A stretch of DNA of 64,000 nt from an uncultured Actinomycetes bacterium (GTDB lineage: Bacteria > Actinomycetota > UBA4738 > HRBIN12), in contig CAVZMG010000002.1 in assembly GCA_963776425.1 (NCBI GenBank), forward strand, positions 952,598 to 1,016,597. Direction: 5' to 3'. Of the stretch, positions 59,835-64,000 are shown one piece after another (within the stretch, counting starts at the first letter, position 1; the number at the start of each line of letters is the position of its first letter). A model generated the notes under the pieces. That model was not told the DNA's origin, searched no databases, and saw only the letters and a program-made list of their open reading frames with translations. The position numbers and the translations under genes are program-made.

Positions 59835-59863
59835 TTGACCCTCTAGGAACCACACGGTAACGT
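59835..59863 (+). promoter_or_regulatory. candidate promoter (TTGACC-17 nt-TAACGT) upstream of the FHA gene
   Basis: -35 at 59835-59840 and -10 at 59858-59863. It sits between the two AGGGTTGAGGGT repeats. Confidence 0.35.
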
Positions 59864-59941
59864 CCACACGCCGTCCAGGGTTGAGGGTCGCACCTCGACC
59901 TCGACCGTTGGCACGAGATCAGGCTCGAGGGGGACCTCACC

Positions 59942-60403
59942 GTGTTCTGTACCCATTGTGGACATCCCAACCGCGACGACGCGCGCTTCTGCGCACAGTG
60001 TGGGCGTCCGCTGCAGGATGACCCCACGCTCTCACTGACGCCCGTCGAGACCGAGGATGAGGCGCAGGATGAGTTCCCGTTCCCTCATGACGAACTCGAG
60101 GACGGACAAGGTCTCCTTCTCGTCAAGCGTGGCCCGAACGCGGGGTCGACGTTCTTGCTGGAGAAGGACGCGACGTCGGTCGGACGCAACACGGACAGCG
60201 ATGTCTTCCTCGACGACGTGACGGTGTCGCGCGCGCACGCATCGATGGAACGACGATCCGACGGATCGTTCTTCGTCCGCGACGTCGGGAGCTTGAACGG
60301 GACGTACGTGAACGGCGAGCAGGTCGACGAGACGAAGCTCGCGTCCGGTGACGAGGTGCAGATCGGGAAGTTCAAGCTCGTGTTCTTCGTGGCAGGGGAG
60401 TGA
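59942..60403 (+). CDS. FHA-domain protein with an N-terminal zinc ribbon (GarA/OdhI position)
   Basis: CTHCGHPNRDDARFCAQCG (CxxC...CxxC) is followed by the FHA core VGRNTDSDVFLDDVTVSRAHA...DVGSLNGTYVNG. It follows gcvH, as garA does in mycobacteria. Confidence 0.85.
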   Translation: MFCTHCGHPNRDDARFCAQCGRPLQDDPTLSLTPVETEDEAQDEFPFPHDELEDGQGLLLVKRGPNAGSTFLLEKDATSVGRNTDSDVFLDDVTVSRAHASMERRSDGSFFVRDVGSLNGTYVNGEQVDETKLASGDEVQIGKFKLVFFVAGE

Positions 60404-60410
60404 GGTGACG

Positions 60411-61139
60411 ATGGCGGGCACGCGCAACTACCAGTCGATCGGCGAGGTGTTGGTCTCGGTGAAGGCCGAGTTCCCCGACATCACGATCTCCAAGATCCGT
60501 TTCTTGGAAGCGGAGGGGCTGATCGAACCGGAGCGCACGCCGTCGGGCTACCGGAAGTTCTACGTGGAGGATGTGGATCGACTGAAGTCGATCCTGCGGA
60601 TGCAGCGCGACGAGTACCTGCCGCTGAAGGTCATCAAGGAGCGGCTGCTGAAGCAGGCCTCGGACGACGAACTGCTCGATGGGGAGGGCGACGCCTCTGA
60701 CGAGGACGCCGAGACCTCCGGCGGAGGCTCCGAGGACCTCGCAGAGGCGCCCACCGGCCTGCAGATGTCGCTCGAGGAGATGTCGGCGGCGACCGGGGTC
60801 GAGCGCGACCGGATCAAGGAGCTCGAGTCGTACGGGCTCGTGTGCTCCCACGGCCCGGAGGGAGCCAAGTACTACGACGGCGACGACTACATCCTGCTCT
60901 CGATCGTGAAGGACTTCTTCCGGTTCGGCGTCGAACCGCGGCATCTCACGATGTACAAGCATTTCGAGGAGCGGGAGGCCGACTTCTTCGAGACGATCGT
61001 CGCGCCCACGCTCCGCCAGAAGAACCCCGACGCCCGTCGAGCGGCCTCGCAGGCGCTGTCGGACCTCGCCGTGACCTCCCGGAAGCTGAAGCAGGCCCTC
61101 CTCCGGTCGAACCTGCGGGATAACCTCAAGAGCGCCTGA
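60411..61139 (+). CDS. MerR-family transcriptional regulator (Rv1828-like)
   Basis: The HTH is YQSIGEVLVSVKAEFPDITISKIRFLEAEGLIEPERTPSGYRKF. An acidic linker and a second conserved C-terminal domain follow. Confidence 0.85.
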   Translation: MAGTRNYQSIGEVLVSVKAEFPDITISKIRFLEAEGLIEPERTPSGYRKFYVEDVDRLKSILRMQRDEYLPLKVIKERLLKQASDDELLDGEGDASDEDAETSGGGSEDLAEAPTGLQMSLEEMSAATGVERDRIKELESYGLVCSHGPEGAKYYDGDDYILLSIVKDFFRFGVEPRHLTMYKHFEEREADFFETIVAPTLRQKNPDARRAASQALSDLAVTSRKLKQALLRSNLRDNLKSA

Positions 61140-61141
61140 GC

Positions 61142-62413
61142 GTGCGTCGAACCCGCGGCGGGCGAGCCGCGCTCGTCGCCGCGGTGGGGATCCTGCTTCC
61201 GATCCTCATCGCGGGGTTGGCGAACGCGGGGCTTACGTCCGGTCCGCCGCCGACGCCGGTGCCGCCCGACGGGTCGCTCTCGCCCTTCCCGCAAGTGCTG
61301 CACACGCCGGCGGACCAGCTGGCGCCGCCGGAGCTCAGCGCGCGGAGCGCGATGCTCGCAGACCTCGACACCGGCCAGGTGCTGTTCGCGAAGGACGCCG
61401 ACGCGGAGCGCCCGATCGCGAGCCTCACGAAGATCATGACCGCCCTGCTCGTGCTCGAGCGGACCGACCCCGACGACATCGTCACGGTGGCGCCCGACGC
61501 CGTGATCCCGGCGGAGGAGAGTCGCGGAGTCTCGTCGCTCGGGCTCGAGACCGGTGAGCGGATCTCGGTCGAGAACCTGCTCTACGCGCTCCTCCTCCAG
61601 TCCGCCAACGACGCGGCGCTCGCGCTCGCGGACGACGTCGCCGGCTCGGAGGGAAGGTTCATCCGGCAGATGAACGCCCGCGCCCGCACGCTCGGGATGC
61701 GTCACACACGCTTCCGTTCGCCCAACGGACTGGACGATCGCGGTTATTCGACGGCTCGCGACCTCACGACCCTCACCCGGGGCGCCATGGCGCTGCCGGG
61801 CTTCGCATCGATCGTGGAGACCGAGTTCCGCGACATCCCGGCGCCGGGGGGCGGGGTGCGGTCGATCCAGAACCGCAACGCGTTGCTGTGGCTCTACCCG
61901 GGTGCGACCGGCGTGAAGACCGGGTTCACCGCACCCGCGGGGGACTGCGTCGTCGCGACCGCGGAGCAGGACGGCCGACGGCTGGTGGCGGTCGTCCTCG
62001 GGGACGGCGGGGAGGTGTTCAGCGAGGCCGCGGAGCTCTTGAACTACGGGTTCACCGCGTTCACCCAGCAGTCGTTCGTCACGCAAGGAGATGCGAGCGG
62101 CGTCGTGTCGCTCCCCGGCGGAAGCGTGCCCGTAGAGGCGGGTGCGAGCCTGGAGGCGCTCGTGCCCACGGAGAGCCTCGACGCGGTACAGCAGCAGGTG
62201 GTCGTCGTCCCTGGGGCCGCCTATCCGCCAGCACCGGGCGAGCAGGTCGCGTGGCTCAAGGTGACGATCCCCGGACTCACGGTGGGACGCGTTCCCCTCA
62301 TCGTGTCGTCCGTGCCCCCGCCGCCGGCGATCGATGACCGTCCGTGGTGGGAACGAGCCGCGGCTGCGGTCGTCGACGCGATCCGTTCGGGCATCCAGGC
62401 GGTGACAGGCTGA
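61142..62413 (+). CDS. D-alanyl-D-alanine carboxypeptidase (S11 family, low-MW PBP)
   Basis: SxxK (ASLTK), SxN (QSAND) and KTG (VKTGFT) are present, with an N-terminal signal/TM segment. Confidence 0.85.
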   Translation: MRRTRGGRAALVAAVGILLPILIAGLANAGLTSGPPPTPVPPDGSLSPFPQVLHTPADQLAPPELSARSAMLADLDTGQVLFAKDADAERPIASLTKIMTALLVLERTDPDDIVTVAPDAVIPAEESRGVSSLGLETGERISVENLLYALLLQSANDAALALADDVAGSEGRFIRQMNARARTLGMRHTRFRSPNGLDDRGYSTARDLTTLTRGAMALPGFASIVETEFRDIPAPGGGVRSIQNRNALLWLYPGATGVKTGFTAPAGDCVVATAEQDGRRLVAVVLGDGGEVFSEAAELLNYGFTAFTQQSFVTQGDASGVVSLPGGSVPVEAGASLEALVPTESLDAVQQQVVVVPGAAYPPAPGEQVAWLKVTIPGLTVGRVPLIVSSVPPPPAIDDRPWWERAAAAVVDAIRSGIQAVTG

Positions 62414-62449
62414 TCGCGCGCCTTCTACGGCCGGGAGGGTGGGTGCTGC

Positions 62450-62455
62450 TAGGCT
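62450..62455 (+). promoter_or_regulatory. candidate extended -10 box (tgcTAGGCT) for leaderless hpt
   Basis: Lies 8 nt upstream of ATG 62464. It shares ctgctaggctcgg with the pyrG upstream region. Confidence 0.4.
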
Positions 62456-62463
62456 CGGCGCCG

Positions 62464-63036
62464 ATGACGGAGGTCGCGAGCGTCCTTTACGGACGCGAGG
62501 ACATCCGCCGCCGGGTCGAGGAGCTCGGCCACGCGATCACCGGGGATTACGCGGGGCGAACGCCCGTGCTCATCTCGGTCCTCAAGGGCGGTGTCGTGTT
62601 CCTCGCGGACCTGATCCGGGAGATCCAGCTCCCGCTCGAAGTGCATTTCATGGCCATCAGCCGGTACGGCGAGGCTGAGGAGTCGCTCGGACGGGTGCAG
62701 ATCCTCCTCGATCTCGACGTGGATCTCACGGACCGCGACGTCGTGTTGGTGGAAGACATCGTCGACACCGGCCTCACGCTCTCGTACCTGTTGTCGGTGA
62801 TCCGGGCGCGGGGCACCGCGACGCTCGAGGTCTGCACCCTGCTGGACAAGACGGTCCGGCGGATCGCGCCGCTCTCGGTCCGCTACGCGGGGTTCGACTG
62901 TCCCGACCGCTTCGTCGTGGGCTATGGGCTCGACTTCGCCGAGCGCTACCGGAACCTGCCGGACATCATGGCCGTCGAGGATCTCCGCGCGCTCCGGGAC
63001 GACCCCGATATGCTCGTTCCGCTCCTCACCGCGTGA
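62464..63036 (+). CDS. hpt: hypoxanthine phosphoribosyltransferase
   Basis: LKGGVVFLADL and VVLVEDIVDTGLTLSYL (PRPP motif), then FVVGYGLDFAERYRNLP. Confidence 0.93.
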   Translation: MTEVASVLYGREDIRRRVEELGHAITGDYAGRTPVLISVLKGGVVFLADLIREIQLPLEVHFMAISRYGEAEESLGRVQILLDLDVDLTDRDVVLVEDIVDTGLTLSYLLSVIRARGTATLEVCTLLDKTVRRIAPLSVRYAGFDCPDRFVVGYGLDFAERYRNLPDIMAVEDLRALRDDPDMLVPLLTA

Positions 63037-63079
63037 GGTTGCCCGTGCCGGAGGCCACCCGTACAGTGCAGACGAGCCC

Positions 63080-63553
63080 ATGATCGAGATGGAACTGACC
63101 GGCGTCCGTGTCGAGCTCCCCTCGAACCAACCCATCGTGCTGCTCCGTGAACGCGGCGGCGAGCGTTACCTGCCGATCTGGATCGGCGCGGCCGAGGCCG
63201 CCGCGATCGCGCTCTCGCTCCAAGGGGTCCAGACGCCGCGACCGATGACGCACGACCTGCTGAAGACGATCCTGGAGGACCTCGCCGTACAGGTGCAACG
63301 GATCGTCGTGACCGAGCTCCGTGAGAGCACCTACTACGCCACGATCCACCTGCTCCAGGCCGGCGAGTCGATCGAGATCTCCTCGCGTCCCTCGGACGCC
63401 ATCGCGCTCGCCGTTCGGATGTCGGTCCCGATCTTCGCCCAGGAGGACGTGCTCGACGAGGCGTCGATCCTCATCCCCGGCGAGGAAGAGGAAGAGGTCG
63501 AGAAGTTCCGGGAGTTCTTGGACAACGTGCGGCCGGAGGACTTCGAGAGCTGA
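63080..63553 (+). CDS. bifunctional nuclease family protein (DUF151, Rv1829-like)
   Basis: MELTGVRVELPSNQPIVLLRE...YLPIWIGAAEAAAIA...TPRPMTHDLL...RPSDAIALAVR. Confidence 0.85.
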   Translation: MIEMELTGVRVELPSNQPIVLLRERGGERYLPIWIGAAEAAAIALSLQGVQTPRPMTHDLLKTILEDLAVQVQRIVVTELRESTYYATIHLLQAGESIEISSRPSDAIALAVRMSVPIFAQEDVLDEASILIPGEEEEEVEKFREFLDNVRPEDFES

Positions 63554-63579
63554 GCCTGGAGACCGGTCGCGACGATGGA

Positions 63580-64000
63580 TCAGGCGTAGAAGAAGACCGT
63601 CACCCACAGCGTGCCGTCGACGCGGACCGCTCCGATCGCGACGTGACGGAACGCGTGGTTCAGGATGTTGGCTCGGTGCGGCGGGCTGTCCATGAACGCT
63701 TGCTGGACGCTCGCGACGTCACCCGGCGTGAACCCGACGTTCTCCCCCCAGACGTGCCAGTGCACGCCGTGCAGGTAGACGTCCACGTCGGCCGTGTGGA
63801 AGAGGGATCCCGCGGCGGCCATGGCCATGGAATGGTGTTTGGCCACCTGCGACATCGCTCGGTTGAGCTGGAGCTTGGGTGCCCCGAACCGCCCGCGGCT
63901 GGTGTTCGTCGCGCGGAAGAGTTGCCAGGCCTCTTGCCCGACCTGGACACGCTGTCCAGACGGTGCGATATGCGTCGGCACGAGCGGCCGGGCGGAGGCG
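63580..64000 (-). CDS. CAP/SCP (PR-1-like) domain protein, probably N-terminally incomplete in the window
   Basis: LNRAMSQVAKHHSMAMAAAGSLFH...GENVG...MDSPPHRANILNHAFRHVAIG is a CAP-domain pattern. The frame stays open to the window edge upstream of GTG 63981. Confidence 0.7.
   Translation of the reverse strand, partial: ASARPLVPTHIAPSGQRVQVGQEAWQLFRATNTSRGRFGAPKLQLNRAMSQVAKHHSMAMAAAGSLFHTADVDVYLHGVHWHVWGENVGFTPGDVASVQQAFMDSPPHRANILNHAFRHVAIGAVRVDGTLWVTVFFYA

Noticed and set aside
59808-59930. G-quadruplex formed by the GGG tracts of the AGGGTTGAGGGT repeats.
   Set aside because: Each copy has only two GGG tracts and the copies are 69 nt apart. This is not a canonical four-tract G4 with short loops.

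Overview
This is a visibly GC-rich, Actinomycetota-type core chromosome segment. Nearly all real genes are on the + strand and are housekeeping. Gene order parallels the Mycobacterium Rv1641-Rv1713 and Rv1826-Rv1829 neighbourhoods as I recall them. In order: metK (3' end), priA, def, fmt, rsmB, rpe, then a REC-GGDEF regulator. Next comes an FMN-riboswitch-controlled ribD-ribE-ribBA-ribH operon with a cupin gene, then infC-rpmI-rplT. After these come a TrmH-family methyltransferase fused to a histidine-kinase core, pheST, argF, PolX, mpg, a class A PBP (minus strand) and tyrS. One complete 16S-23S-5S rRNA operon lies at about 24.8-29.9 kb, with both processing stems and a terminator. Downstream are HAD, tlyA, nadK, recN, steA, a steB-like gene, two glycosyltransferase-type genes, pyrG, NUDIX, xerD, deoBA, trpS, scpAB, rluB, aroH, tyrA, aroA, cmk and der. 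The window ends with tRNA-Pro, a pgsA-like gene, gcvH, a garA-like FHA gene, a MerR regulator, a D-Ala-D-Ala carboxypeptidase, hpt and a bifunctional nuclease. I see no CRISPR array, transposase, prophage, defence island or secondary-metabolite cluster. Most long minus-strand ORFs in the track are Arg/Pro/Ser-rich antisense artefacts of high GC. Points worth a second look: (1) the SPOUT methyltransferase-HisKA-HATPase fusion; (2) frame or start-codon breaks in priA, ribBA, infC and trpS, which are either assembly indels or real recoding or decay; (3) an attenuator-like infC leader; (4) a family of -10 boxes placed 5-10 nt from start codons, suggesting leaderless mRNAs, including a back-to-back PBP/tyrS pair and a promoter-tRNA-CDS arrangement with almost no spacers; (5) degenerate catalytic motifs in a GGDEF regulator and an M50-like membrane protein. 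All calls come from reading translations and motifs by eye. No searches were run, and RNA ends are approximate (about +/-10 nt).
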